A stretch of 64,000 nucleotides of DNA, from the NCBI GenBank assembly GCA_028534125.1, contig CM052816.1:67334001-67398000 (forward strand), in the 5' to 3' direction. The first letter of the stretch is position 1. Each line of letters opens with the position of its first letter. This stretch comes from Lama glama (lineage: Eukaryota). The notes beneath the pieces are model-generated. The model was not told the origin of the DNA. It saw only the letters and a program-made list of their open reading frames with translations, and did no database searches. A program made the translations under genes and the position numbers. This document shows, piece after piece, positions 1 to 13,075 of the stretch.

Positions 1-2083
1 AATACTGTTTCCAGTAACTGCTACCAACAACACTGTCAAGTCCTGATGGATCTCCTGCTGGCTCCTGAAATGATACTTCAGACTGATTCACAACTTCTCA
101 GTTGCATACAGGCATGAAAATGGATTTATTTCCATTCTTTAAGACTCCATCCAATTCACTTCAAAATTTCAGTCTTGTCTTTGACACAAACCACGAGAGT
201 TTAGAGTGAAGGGGCATGGTGTGTTCCTCAACTGGACTCAAAATCGTGGCATCAGGCTCTCTTTCCTACCTCTGTGGTCAAGAAAAACCTGATACCTGAA
301 AAGCTGAATTCAAGATCTTTGTCTTGACCAGACAGATGTGCTTCTGGAGCATGTATGTGTCGTTGAGGGCAGGGAGAAAGGGAAGGAGAGAAAGATGTTG
401 CATGCATTTCATTTTGCATGTATCAACTTTAATGTGAATATGATTTTAGGAATAACTCATGATTAACTGTAGATGTCGTAGAATTAACATTTCTGGATAA
501 ATATAATGCCACTGACGACCATTTATGATGGCCCTGTACCACTTATGGGTATTTCCCGAGTGCCTGCTAGGCACAGCCCTAACATATCAGATCAATTCTG
601 ATATAGTCTGTTTGATTCAACAAGGAAACTGTGTCCATGTATGCTGAGTATTCAATTATTCGTATCATTGTCTGCTTATGACATTCAACATATAAAGCAA
701 ATAGAGTCCAACCCCATGTATAATTTAAGATTGAATTTATTTAGCAGGGCTAGAGGTACTTTAACATGGCATTTGTAACTGGGGAATTTGCAAGCAGGCC
801 GCTCAGATTGTTCACTTAGAAGTAAAAAAACAACAATTAGAAGTGCTATTAGTACCAAAGAAGATAAAACTAACAGATTCAGAAGAGTGCACCCATGAGA
901 AACATTTTTCAAAGAAAAGAAAGGATGGCTAAAAGAATGTGACCTGCACTTAACAAACAATCCAAAAAAGCCCTGCTCAAGAGACATTTAATAATAGAAT
1001 CTTTTTTATTTCTAAGGCATTACTCAATCCTGAGCTAAAAGTACACCTTGAATGATTCATTGACAACTATGAAAAAAAGGAATCTAGATTTGCAGAGAGA
1101 TGAGTAAGACAGATAGAATATGAATAGATACAGAAAAACATACACACACCGGGATGTTGGGAAAATAGTCTGGGGAGGCTGAAAGACAAACAAGACAGCC
1201 AGTCCCAGATCTATGTTTTCTGAAGAACTATGGGGAAAGGAGAGCTGTGAAGTGAAAGTCCCTGTCATGTAGGATATATTCAGCCCTGGCCCTTAGCACT
1301 CTCCAGCAGCAAGCTGGATCAGGGCAGAGCCAGCTAAAAATGTCAGGCCGCTGAATGCTTTCTTGCTTTAAGGCTTCTGTTGCCATAGGAACAGTCATCC
1401 TCCATTTTCTGAAAGGTGGTTAATAATTAGATTTAGGAGAAGGGAAATTCTATTTCAACCTTGAATTCAGCTCACTCCTTTCTCTGATACTGCCATTTTG
1501 GGTGTTATTATTGAAAATTCAGAATGTCTTGGGAATTAATATCCAGGAAAAGATTCAAGGTCTAGATGCCCAGAATCTATCCAGACCCCTTAGTATGAGT
1601 CTATGAGGTATGAATACAAAATCATGGTACATGTTTGAGTATAAGTGTGGGTTTCAGCAAACAAAGCAGAACTTGCATAAAGAAATTCATGCCATGTCCT
1701 GCTATCATTGTTCTAAACCTTTTCAGAACTCCTCCTTTGATAGTACATTCAGAGCCAGTTTAAAAGCCCTACTGGGAAATCTATATCAAAATGTTTTAGA
1801 TATATCTTGTGCAACAAATACATAATTTTATGTCAGTGATGAAAAGTCACTATGATTCCAGAGTGAGAAAGAATGAACTATTCTTGTTTAAACTAAATAG
1901 CAGAAGTAACGAATCATCCTTAAAAATTATGCCTATCTCATAATGCCCTAAGCCAGAGCACATTGTGACCCCAAATTATTGACCTTTGTGTTTGTAGGCT
2001 GTGGGCACTGAAGTGGGTTGCACAGTGGAGAAAAAAAAGGAAAAAAATTGTATCTACACGCACCCATTAAGATGGGTATTAGC

Positions 2084-2238
2084 AAAAGGAGGAGGAGAAA
2101 GATGGGAAAGAAGAACAGGGGAGGAGGAGGGGGGAAGGAGGGAAGGAGGGAGGAGGGAGAGAAAAGAAGGAAGAGGGGTAGGTGGGGGAGCAGAAGAAGG
2201 AGGAGACAGAGGAGGAAGAAGAGAAAAAGAAGAAAAAG
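2084..2238. repeat. Polypurine (GA-rich) low-complexity tract
   Basis: About 155 nt almost entirely A/G (GGA, GAA, GGAA units). Confidence 0.95.
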
Positions 2239-2576
2239 TGTATTGGCAAGAATGTGGGGAAATTCAAACCCTAATGCACTGCAGATGCTCATGTAAGATG
2301 GTCTATCTGCTATAGAAGACAGCATGATGATGCCTCCAAAAATTAAACACAGAATTACCGTATGATCCAGCAATTTCACTTCTAGGTAGACACTCAAAAA
2401 ATTAAAAGCAGGGGCTTGAACAGATAGTTCTACACCAAAATTCAGAGCAGTGTTACTCACAATACCTAAAACATTGAAATAACACAAGTGTCCATTGACA
2501 AATGACTGGATCAACAAAATGTGATATAGACACACAATGGAATATTATTCAGCCTTAAAAAGGATGCATGCTACAA

Positions 2577-2670
2577 GGGGAGGAAGATAGCTCAGTAGTA
2601 GAGCACATGCTTAGCATGCACAAGGTACTGGGTTCAATCCCCGGTACCTTCATTTAAAAAAAAATTTTTT
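2577..2670 (+). mobile_element. tRNA-derived SINE (camelid Vic-1-like), short form
   Basis: A box (tagctcagtagtag), B box (ggttcaatccc), A tail; 17-bp TSD aagga(t/c)gcatgctacaa at 2560-2576 and 2671-2687. Confidence 0.9.
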
Positions 2671-3230
2671 AAGGACGCATGCTACAACATGGATGAACCT
2701 GGAAAACCATATGCTAAGTAAAATAGGGCAGACACAAAAGGACAAATATTATAAGATCCCACTTCCATGAGGTACCTGGAATAGTCAAACGGATAGAGAT
2801 GAAAGTAGAATGGTGGCTGCCAGAGACAGGGGAGAGGACAGGGGGCAGGGATGGAGAGTTACTGTTTGGTGAATACAGAGGTTCAGATTGGGAAGAAAGA
2901 AAAGTTCTGGAGATGGATAGTGGTGATGGTTGCACAACAATGTAAATGCACTTAATATCACTGAGTTGTACACTTATAAATGGGCGAAATGGTAAATTTT
3001 ATGTTATGTATATTTTACAACAATAAGAAAATTACACGTATAAAAGCAAAATCAGAGGCACCCTATGTGCCTGCCAACTTGCCTGTTCTCAGCTTGGTAC
3101 ACACAAAAGTTCTCCAGAACTAACCCAAACATTTGAAGTTAAGTTAGTTGTTCTGTCACTCTTGACCAGATCCCGGTTTGAAATAGGAAAAGAGAAAAGC
3201 AACTTCTCAGTAATAAGACTCACTCCCAAA

Positions 3231-3418
3231 TAGAGTTGCCAGATTTATCAAATAAAAACACAGAATATCCAGTTAAATTTAAATTTCAGATAAACATCCA
3301 TTTTTTTAGTACAAGTATGCCCTAAATGTTGCATGGGACACGTTTATACTAAACACTTTTTGTTGTTTCCCTGAAGTTCAAATTTTACTAAGCATCTTTA
3401 TTCTATCTGACAATTCTA
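3231..3418. mobile_element. MER53-like hAT MITE (palindromic)
   Basis: Terminal inverted repeats tagagttgccagat ... atctgacaattcta, internal self-complementarity; degenerate 8-bp TSD ctcccaaa/gtcctaaa. Confidence 0.85.
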
Positions 3419-6084
3419 GTCCTAAATGAAATAGCTTCAATGATATTGCCTCTTGCTTTTAAACACTGGCTCAGTTTAAAGGCCACCACTGTCTGGGTCT
3501 GCTGCACTCCGGCGTGAGCCAAGCTGTTATCAATCCTTCCAGCGCAGAGAGCAGAAAGTGAAGCACAGATCTGGTCACAGTCATTGTCCCCGCATTATGC
3601 AGCAGTCAATGTATCTCCGAAATCCGACACTTCAGCCCTTGTCCTCAGCCCCAGGGTTAAGTGCTATTCCATCTGACCATAAGCTTAGTTCTCCACGGGG
3701 TCTGGAGCTTAGAGGAGGCTGGTGGATTGCATCAGTCCTCCCTAATTGGTCATTAGATTTGGAAATACCACATTGAAAAGCTGTTTACTGCATCATATCT
3801 AGCTCTCATTATCTAAACACGTCTGTGATGATTTCCAGCAACAGGAAGGTCATTTTAAAACTCTCATTGCCAAGTTTTTCTGTAAATACATCCCCTGGGT
3901 TATTAAACACGTCATACAATTCTCAAGAAAACTTCATAAAAAGGACAAGATAGTCTCCACTTCATACCTAAAGGAACTGAACAAGCACTGACATATCTCA
4001 TTCTCAGTCAACAGTCCACTCCACACCTATCACCGTCTTCTCCCCACTGGCCTTTCCATCCCCCTGTGAGCTTCTTTTCTTAAAATCAGACTGTGTGACC
4101 ACGTATCTGTACACTTCCCATCTTGACATCATTTGCTTACACTCTTTGTCCTGGTTATTCTTATTGTTGTATTTTTGCACATTGTTTCCAGAAGAAGGAA
4201 ATACTCAAAAGCATAAAGAATGAAATTAATTGGGAACTGGTCATCAAGGCTGTTTGCCCTTCTCTGTGTCACTCCTGGGTCTGCTACTAAGGGAGGTCAA
4301 GGCTAAAGGAATACATACAACCCCTTCCACCGTGTCTACCGTGTTCTCAGTTTCCCAGAACAGAAACAAGCAACTCAATTGAACAAGAACCTACAGGGTT
4401 ACCATTATAGGTAAAGCACCATGAACCAATACTGAGGAGCAAAAGTACTAAAACACTGACTGTCACTGCCCACAGTGAACAAATTATAACTGGCTCCTTA
4501 AGACATCTTAATTCAGGAGGCACCAACACGAAATGGCTTTATTTTTCTCTAATTCCTGCTTTCAGTCATACTTCACACTTCCCACATTTCATATGTTTTA
4601 GTCACTGGAAATTATTAAAAGTCCAACTCTGTGTAAAACTCCAATTCCACATCTGATTCAAAACGTTCTCCATGTTGGGACGCAGGGACTTGGTCAGGAA
4701 GAGGGTGTGATCTGCCCCTTTGCTCCTTCTCTCACTCTGGCTCCCTAGAAGGGGAGGTGGGGAGTCATCTAACTCTGGGGCATACCTTTCCCCATCCCCA
4801 CCTTTTTCTTCTGGGGCTAGTCCCTTCGCAATTAGGGGCTGGGAGATACAGGGAGGAAAGTTCATCTTCGTTAACGGCCTATGGTGGCAACAAGTGCCCC
4901 ATTTGGCTCTGGTTTAGTGTGGTTCCATCTACTGATATGGTCGTTTTCACAAAAGCAGTATGTGCATTTCTCTCAGGTGCTGTCTAGCTTCACCTCAGCC
5001 CTTCCTCACATCTGTGCAGAGGGAGTATCACCTCACCTGGTCCGGTGGACAGTGGGGTAACCCTACATCCTGACTCTGGAACCTCAGTGCTCCTTCCAGT
5101 GCAGTTACAGGAATCACTGATATCCCTCTGGGACCCTCTGAAGGTCTTGGAGCAGTGAGATGCATTCTTCACCCTTTCCCCCCATTCCCCCAAGAAATTA
5201 TGCCCCAGTTTCTTCTCACCCTGGCTATACAGACTCCTTCCACAGGATTCTGATTCAGAAGTCTCCGGATGAGAAGCAGCATTAGTCTCATGTTCAAAAA
5301 CACCCCTTCCCTTCCTTTGGGGACATTTGTCATCCTCCCCCCAACTCCCCTCAGCACACTCTCCTCTGTGCCAGTGGCAGCTGCAAGTTGTTTCTTAGCA
5401 AGCATCTGTTCAGGAAAGAGGATGCCAATCTACCTTTCTTAAGGCACACTCAGTCTTAGTGATTCCCTTGGATCTAGGAGGGTGGGTGGCTGGAACATTC
5501 CCAGTTCACCCACCACCACAAGGAGGGGAGAGAAAGGACCTCTCACCATAAATGCTCTGTCACGCTGCTGACTCTCTCCACGACTCCGCCCCACCTTCCG
5601 GTGTTCTCCTTATGCCGACCTGGGAGTGGCATGAAGGGCATGGCACTAGGGCTTTGTTTTCAGCGATGGATTCTTGTTGCCAATTCCAGAGCATCAGGAA
5701 AATTCTCTCTCAACATCCCCACTGCTACTCCTAATCTCAGTGACACTAACCAACTGGTACACTCAGCTCTCCCTTAGGTATATTCGCCTTAGTCCATTTG
5801 CTTCCTTCACTCACTAACTTTATATTGAGCATCTACTGAGTGCAAGCTCCTGTGAAACGGTGATGGACAAGGCAGATGTAAGATGCAGTCCCTCCCCTTG
5901 TGGGATTTACAGTCGAAGAGGTCTGACCAAAAACAAACCAACCCCCAAAAACCTAAATGAAACAATTACAAATCATATGCAATCCAATGAGGGAAGCCAA
6001 CGAGTACCTGAAATAGAACCATCAGTTGAAGATGCAGAAGGCTCACTAGACAAGAAGAGGGACACTTTTTCACTCTCATTCTCT

Positions 6085-6856
6085 CTTGAACACAGAGTTT
6101 GCATTTTCCACAGGTTCCATGATGTGTAACATGGCAACAGACTGAATGCAGAAGCAGTTATGAAAAGCCATCTGTCTTTTATTAAGCCAGACATGAAAGA
6201 GCTTTGCAAAATATGTAAAAGGATACCATTTTTTCTCACTAATTTTGCTTTGTAAAATATAGCTGCTTTCACAAAATTTAGTTTATGTCAAAACGTAATG
6301 GGTTTTTGTTATTTTTAAGCAATTACTTTACTTTTTTTCTCAGTTCTCATTTCTCATATAGTAAAGATCAATAGATAAAACTCACATAAAAGAAAACTCT
6401 TTGGGGACTGTTATGGACTGAATGTTTGTTTCCCCCAAAATTCATATATTGAAGCTCTAACCCCTGGTGTGATGGTATTGGAGGTGGGGCCTGTGAGAGA
6501 TAATTAGGTTTAAATGAGGTCATGAGAGTGGGGTCCCTATGATGGGATTAGTATCTTATAAGGAAAAGAAGAGTGTGCCGAGTTCTTTCCTCTCCCTCTC
6601 TCTTTCTCTGCCACATAAGGACCCAGAGAGAAGGTGGCCATCCACAAGACAGCACATGGGCCCTCACCAGGAGTCAAATGTGCTGGCACCTTGGTCTAGG
6701 ATTTCAGCCTCCAGAACTGTGAGAAATAAATGTTTGTAGGGTAAGCCACCGAGTCTATGGAATTTTGTTATAATAGCCCAAGCTGACTAAGACGAGGTCC
6801 TTAATAATTTTTAAGAGGAAAAGAGTCCTGACATCAAAAAATTTCAGAAACACTAG
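6085..6856 (+). mobile_element. Charlie1-like hAT DNA transposon 3' part, split by an MLT1A LTR
   Basis: acagactgaatgcagaagcag...tattaagccagacat; end ctctttgggg|gtccttaataatttttaagag...tcctgacatcaaaaaatttcagaaacact. Confidence 0.8.
6409..6794 (+). mobile_element. MaLR solo LTR (MLT1A-like)
   Basis: Starts tgttatggactgaatgtttgtttcccccaaaattc; contains ccagaactgtgagaaataaa; ends gctgactaagac. Confidence 0.9.
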
Positions 6857-7006
6857 ACTGATTCAATAATCTTTTCTCAGAATTTATGTTATATACCTGG
6901 CCTTCATTTTTGACGATTTTTCCCTTCTGACACTCTCCCCTTCGGAATCCAGGAGAGTCTGAAGGACTTTCCTGATCATGCCTTTTAAGCCTTCTCCTAC
7001 TGATTT

Positions 7007-7200
7007 CTTTTTCTTTTTCTTTTTGAAGAGTGATTTACTTATTTATTATTTATTATTACTTATTATTATTTATTATTAAGTTTTTTTTTGAGGGGGGAGG
7101 TAATCAGGTTTATTTATTTATTTTTAGAGGAGGCACTGGGGTTTGACCCCAGCACCTGGTACATGCATGCCCTCTACCACTTGAGCTATATGCACTCCCC
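7007..7200 (-). mobile_element. tRNA-derived SINE (Vic-1-like), long-tail form
   Basis: Reverse complement of the SINE head plus aaataaacctgattacctcccc tail; 12-bp TSD tcctactgattt at 6995-7006 and 7203-7214. Confidence 0.88.
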
Positions 7201-7214
7201 TTTCCTACTGATTT

Positions 7215-7980
7215 GTATTCATCCACCTACTTCTTTAAAACCGGGTATTCTTCAGAAATTTAGCCTTGGTCTTCCTCGCTTTTGTCCTATTTCTGTTTCA
7301 AAGTTTCAACTCTTACCTCTATGTTGTGTCTGATAAATTTTCTTACCCTTCTGGAGGCAAAGACTTTGCAAATTCTCACTGGACACCTCTATCTGGTTGT
7401 ATGTAGCCCCTCAAATTCAACGGTGCTTCCAACCTCACACACAGTCTTCCTCCCAGCTTCTTGCTCCTGTACTCCTTAGATCAATGGCATCACTGTATTC
7501 CAAACAGTGGAAACTAAAGCTCTCTCTCCTAGACACAAGCAGTCACACTATCCAGCCAGTCCCATGCCCTACCATGTCTCCACACCTGCCTTTGCCCGTT
7601 CCCAATAACCTCACCGTGGGTCTTTACTTGTCATCGCACCTGTATGCCACAGTTGCTTTGTAACTGTTCCCTGACCTCCAGTCTCTCCCTTCTTAAACCC
7701 ATGCCTCAGGCCACTCCAGACTTACCTACAATCATTAGTCAAATCACATCCCCCCTCTACACAAAAACCCATAATGTGTCCCCACTGCCTAGACGGATGA
7801 AAACCTCGAAATACTATTCAATGCCCTGCCATCTAGCCCAACCTCATTTCTATCTCCTTCTTCCACTTCATTGCCCCAAACATCCCATACTTTGGCCACA
7901 CAAAACCTTGCAACTTCTCCAAAATGGCTCATGTAGTTCTTTGGACAAGCTTCTCCTCTTTTAGACTGCCCTTCTTTCCT
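7215..7980 (+). mobile_element. L2 LINE remnant
   Basis: Pyrimidine-rich L2-like motifs (caatggcatcactgtattcc; ctgacctccagtctctcccttc; cccaacctcatttc). Confidence 0.6.
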
Positions 7981-8019
7981 AGAAAAGCACAGTTGCTTGA
8001 AGCAATACATCTGAATTCA

Positions 8020-8200
8020 AGTGCACTTGAACTCAAGTGTGATATTGGTCAAGTTATGTCTACCTCAATTTCTTCACCTATAAATAGGGACAATAATTAT
8101 GTGTACCTCTTAGAGCTTTTGAAGGCTTTAAGAGATGATATGTTGAAAGAGCTTAGCATAATGCCTAACATGTTCAAATTTTAGTTTTTGTCATTGTTGT
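8020..8200 (+). mobile_element. MIR SINE remnant
   Basis: MIR core cctcaatttcttcacctataaatagggacaataat; gcttagcataatgcct. Confidence 0.65.
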
Positions 8201-8426
8201 TCATTTACCTTTATTAATCAAAAATTACTCATTCTTCAAACCCCTGATGAAATGGCATTTCCCCATGGAAACTTCCTCAATTGCCTTAGCCAAAACCATC
8301 ATTAACCCCTCCCTCTGCCTCTCGCCAATAAGTTTGTTATTCAAGTTAGCATATTTTTGCTCTGTTTTGCATTCTAATTAGTTCCTTGTATGCCCATCTT
8401 CTCAAACCTCTCCACCCCACCGCTGC

Positions 8427-8452
8427 CACACACATACACACACACACACACA

Positions 8453-8483
<31 letters not shown>
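8427..8483. repeat. (CA)n microsatellite
   Basis: Interrupted CA dinucleotide run. Confidence 0.97.
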
Positions 8484-8485
<2 letters not shown>

Positions 8486-10438
8486 AGAAAGGGTGGCAAA
8501 CTTCTGTTAATTTAGGGCCATTTGGGACTCCATCTAAAAGTTCCTATTTAGTACCTTATGAATGAGCAAAACTTTGTTTTTCAGACCTGAGCCACCCCCC
8601 TGCAGTGTGGCTCTCAGTAGTATTTGAGGCCACAGAAAAGCTTTTCATTTTCTATTTTTCTGTCTCCTGTTGCTATAGTAAAATGGCTAGTTCTCCTTCA
8701 TTTCCCTGCTCTTCAAATTTGCTCCTAATTACACTAAACTCCTCCTTCACTTTTTAAAATGTTTTTAAATGTTTACTTTTTTAATTCCTTAAAAATCATA
8801 GCTTTCTCTTAAACTTTTCCTTAAAATCTCTGAGAATCATTTAATGGTGACCCCTCCCCCCCCCCCCAAAAAAAAGGATATGAGAAGAGCCGGAATAATA
8901 TCAATAAATATAAGATGAGCAACTGCAAATTATGCATTTGGGTCTGTGAGAGCCCCAAATTCGTAAGGTGTATCTCTTCCAAGAAAAACACATTTTCCAA
9001 AGAAATTCATGATCTAGAGGTAAAATATTTTGGATGTCAAAAAGTGCACCTTTTGTTCCTCTTTCCTTAGGGTAAAATGGTCTGCCAAACTAATAAAGTT
9101 GGACTGGACTTTGCTCAAAAGATATTTTCATATTTCACTTAGAGAACAGACTGAAGCTAATGAAAATTCTGCCCAAGCAAAGACCCTCTAGTTCCATCCC
9201 CAGACCCTGCACTTCAGGCTCTCCGTTTTGCTCCAGTAAATCCTAAGCAAGGTGAACACAAACCGAACCTTGTCTTTGTGCCTAGACGCTTTCTTTCCTC
9301 CACAAGCATTTTCAAATTCAAAATAAGCTGACTTTACAGGAAGTTGAAAATCATTCTGTTTACCCCACACATTTGGGGGAGGTACATACAGATATTTACT
9401 GGACATGAAAATTCAGCGTCCTAACACAAACCATCTGAGTTCAGGAATTTGAATGCATACAGCAATAATTAACAACAGAGGAAAACTGTACATTCTCAGA
9501 GTTCCACATTTTGCACTTGGGCATGCCCTGCAGGGCAGGTGCTCATTAGGGCAGTGCAGGGCTTTTAAGAGGCATGTTTTCGCAGCTAAATTCTGTTTCA
9601 ACAGCCCCTCTCAAACACAGAGGAAAACATATTCTCTGGAATGAAGTGTAGTTTAAAATAGAAAGCAAATTAATAGTCAATCTCTGGGATTTCCTGAGTT
9701 GAAGTTTGATCCTTTCCAAAAAGAGGGTTATTGTGAAATCTTTCTTTCAGCTGAACAAATGAATAGCTACATGGAATGCAGTAACAGAAGTGCCAGCGCC
9801 GTGGGAGCCGTGAATTTCTTTGCACTTCCCGGGAAGGGAAAATAGAGTCTGAACTTCATCTTCTGGTGATGCTTCTGGGATTCCATATGATTCTAGGTCA
9901 TCCACACCTACTAAGGATTCACAGAACTGCAGAACTGTGGAATCCATTTCACTTTAAAGATGAAAAAAGTAGTACCTTGTCTAAGGTAAAATTTCTAATT
10001 ATTTGCAACACTGGGACAAGAACCCGAATCACCTGACCTCTACGCCAGTAGAGGTGCTATTCCAAAACTAGAGGTGCCACAGCCCTCCTGCCAGAATCAC
10101 CACACTACAAGTTGCCAGATCCTGGCAGGGGAGACAAGAAGGGAGCCCGCACACAAGGCTAGTTGCTCGGGCTCCTCCCCTGAAATCAGCAGGAGAGAGC
10201 CCACATCCTTCCCACTCCTGCTGTCAGCGTGTGCCATCACCCAAACACTCGTGAGGGATGTCTGGGTTGGGAATGGCCAGAGCCCACCACTAGGAAACCA
10301 GAATAGATGTGAGCAGGGGCTCTTGCTAGGGCCAGGCCAGCAGGGGAAACGTCAGCTGCCAGCAGTGGGGGAAGAGCATCGGCTGCATGCTGGAGTGACA
10401 GGCTTTCTTCCCGCCTCCTTTGTGGGGACAAAGTCCCC

Positions 10439-10811
10439 TGTATTAGTCTGCTCGGGCTGTATAACAAAATATCACAGACTGTGTGGCTTAAAACACATGG
10501 GATTTCCCACAATTCTGAAGCTGGAAGTCCTGTATCCAGGTGTCAGCACGGCTGGTTTCTCTCTTCTCGGCTTGTAGATGACCACCTTCACCCTGAGCCT
10601 TCACACAATCTTCCCTCTGGCCATCTCTGTGCCCTAATCTCCTCTTCTTATAAGAACACTAGTCAGATTCGATTAGGGCCCACCCAAATAACTTCATTTT
10701 AACTTAACTTCCTCTTTAAAGACCCCATCTCTAAATATAACCACCTTCTGAGATACTGGGTTTAGGACCGTACCACAGGAATCTGGAGAGATCTGAGTCA
10801 GCCTGTTAACA
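10439..10811 (-). mobile_element. MaLR solo LTR (MLT1B/C-like)
   Basis: tgtattagtctgctcgggctg...; tctcctcttcttataagaacactagtcagattcgattagggcccaccc; ends gttaaca. Confidence 0.85.
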
Positions 10812-11189
10812 CCTCCTGAACATATCCAGGAACCAACCCCCAAAATCCAGTGGCCTGTCTTCTTTGCTGCGTCTCTTGCCTCTACTAAATTCATCAGATG
10901 CAAATTTGTGCTGATGCTGACCTTGCCTGCCTGATCTTACTCTAAATTCAGGAAACTGACCCATCGGCCAAGTAACTCCTTCCATCCAACCCCAGGAAAA
11001 GCACACTTTTGCTTCCTTTCTATCACCCACACACGAGTATTTTCTCCACTCTTGCAGATCTGCCATAGACCAGAGGCTCCAATTCTATAAACGTAAGAGT
11101 ATTTCTGAAGCTCTGAAAGAACCACGAGAACTTCCAAAGAGCCCTATAGAGAGAGGTCCCCTGGGGCAGCAGCTCCCATTGTCACCCAC

Positions 11190-11688
11190 TGTGGTAGGCA
11201 GAGTCCTGAGATGGCCCCTCAAGACTTTCATGCCCTGGATATTCAATCCAACACTAATATGGGTACCACTATGGAATTAAGGTTGCCGATGAGCTGACTT
11301 TAAAATAGGGAGATTATCCTGGACTATCCAGGTGGGCCCAATATCATCATATAAATCTTTCAAAGTAGAAGAGAAAGGCAGAGGAGTCTCTCAGGGAGAT
11401 CCAGAAGGACAGATGAGGTGGAAGAGGAGATAGAGGGATTCAAAGTCTGAATCTGCTTTTGCTGGCTTTGAAGATGGAGGACAGAGGGTCATGAGCCAAG
11501 GAATGTATGTGGCCACTAGGAGCTGACACAGACCCCTGGCAAAAGTCCAGCAAGAAAATGGGGACCTCCGTCCTTTAAATGCATGAAACTGAATTCTGAC
11601 CTTCAGAACTATGAGATAATAAATTTGTGTTGTCTGAAACCACGAAGTATATGGTCATTCATTATGGTGGCAATAAAAACTACTAAAC
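11190..11688 (+). mobile_element. MaLR solo LTR (MLT1D/E-like)
   Basis: tgtggtaggcagag...; gggagattatcctggactatccaggtgggccc; gctggctttgaagatggagg; cagaactatgagataataaatttgtgttg. Confidence 0.85.
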
Positions 11689-12849
11689 CTATCCTCTCAT
11701 TAAATGTAATTTCCCCATTGGTCCCTTTCAGGAATGACTTTTTTCTCACATCACCTAAGCTCACATCATTCTGAGTGGTAGGTATTACTTTTCCCACCAA
11801 TGTAGCATTGATATTAAAGTAAAATTTATGCCAAGTCTGTAAATGACTCCCTAGAATTGACAACTTATCTCCTAAACATGACACCATGCTCATATATATC
11901 CATGGTTGCATCTCTGCCTTGGATTCTACCCATGACTATTAGGGGCTGACTGTACCTTCTGAAGGTCACAGATTCTTCTTCCAGGAACCTCTGCCCTGCA
12001 GAAGGATCCTGAATCTGATCTCAGAAGGAACTGTCCCGATCTGCCACGTTGCTATTTTTGTAATGTTCACCCTTGTGACCTCACATAGTAGTCGGAAATG
12101 AGAATGGAATGGATTTTTTTAAAACAAAAAAATAAGCTTAGAAAATCCCACACCATCCAATGGATAAAAATAGCACTAGAAAAAAGGAACGACCCAAGCT
12201 CTAGGCAAGAATCTCCTGAGAGAACAATGGAAGAATACAATTCAGTTTTGGCACAAGAGTCCCCAGCAAGGAATTATTCCAACCCACCTCCAGGGCACCA
12301 CCACCCCAGTAAGCTCTGCCCAGAGCAGAATCCACTTCTGTAACCATGAGGAACTGGGGTTTCTTCGGCTAGAACAAAGGCCTTAAAATCTGTAACAAAC
12401 TATGACTGTAACCAGCACTTTTCCTAAAGGTTATCTCCGAGTTTCAGACCTTCATCACTGGTTGCCTGTTAGACATCTCTTTCTAAGTCCCCCACTGGCA
12501 CCTCAGACATTACTAGAACAGGACTGGATCCATCACCTTCCTCTCCAAAGCGCACCATCTCCCACCTTTCCCCTTTGTTTTGAACAGCCATTTGTTGGTC
12601 ACCAGCCTTCTGCCTGGCATTGTGCTCCACACTTAACATATAACATTCACCTAAATTCACAAATCTTTCAGGAGAGTAGAAAGTGCATTTCGGAGAGGCT
12701 AAGCTGCTTCTTAATATTAGTACCAAATCCGCTGACTGCCTTGCTCAGAATCATCCTGTCTCCTCTATAAAGAAGCTGTTCCTTTCCCTCGGGGGCACTC
12801 AGATGCTCCCATCCTGGGCGGCTGGCGGCCAGCTTGCCTGACACGTGCA

Positions 12850-13075
12850 ATGAGAGAGAAAGAAACGTTGGGAGCTGAAATATGAGGGAGGGGAAAGAGG
12901 TAGGGGACAGAGTGGGGAAGGGGGAGCACAATTTGTCAACATCACTGGGTTTAGACCAGGGGCCTGTAACCACTTCTCTTCTGTATTTTCTGCTGATGTG
13001 ATGAGCAAATTACTTTTTGTTCTTAGTCCCAGGTGAATTCCATTCTGTCACTTGCAACCAAATGACTAACATATC
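12850..13075 (+). mobile_element. Degraded MaLR LTR 3' end (MLT1K/L-like)
   Basis: ttctgtcacttgcaaccaaa terminal motif. Confidence 0.5.

Larger units (their letters stand above)
2055..3030 (+). mobile_element. Old L1 (L1MB-like) 3' fragment, interrupted by a GA-rich tract and a SINE
   Basis: ORF2 C-terminal motifs (cacccattaagatgg; tatgatccagcaatttcacttctagg) and an L1MB-type 3' UTR (agttctggagatggatagtggtgatggttgcacaacaatg ... caataagaaaa). Confidence 0.85.

Noticed and set aside
1948..2535. Long and overlapping ORFs (195 aa minus; K/R/G/E-rich plus ORFs resembling protamine or NLS peptides)
   Set aside because: They arise from the stop-free GA tract inside a decayed L1; there is no gene context.
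10045..10059. CTCF-like ccagtagaggtgcta
   Set aside because: One base short of the core spacing (CCASYAGRKGGCRS); not supportable.
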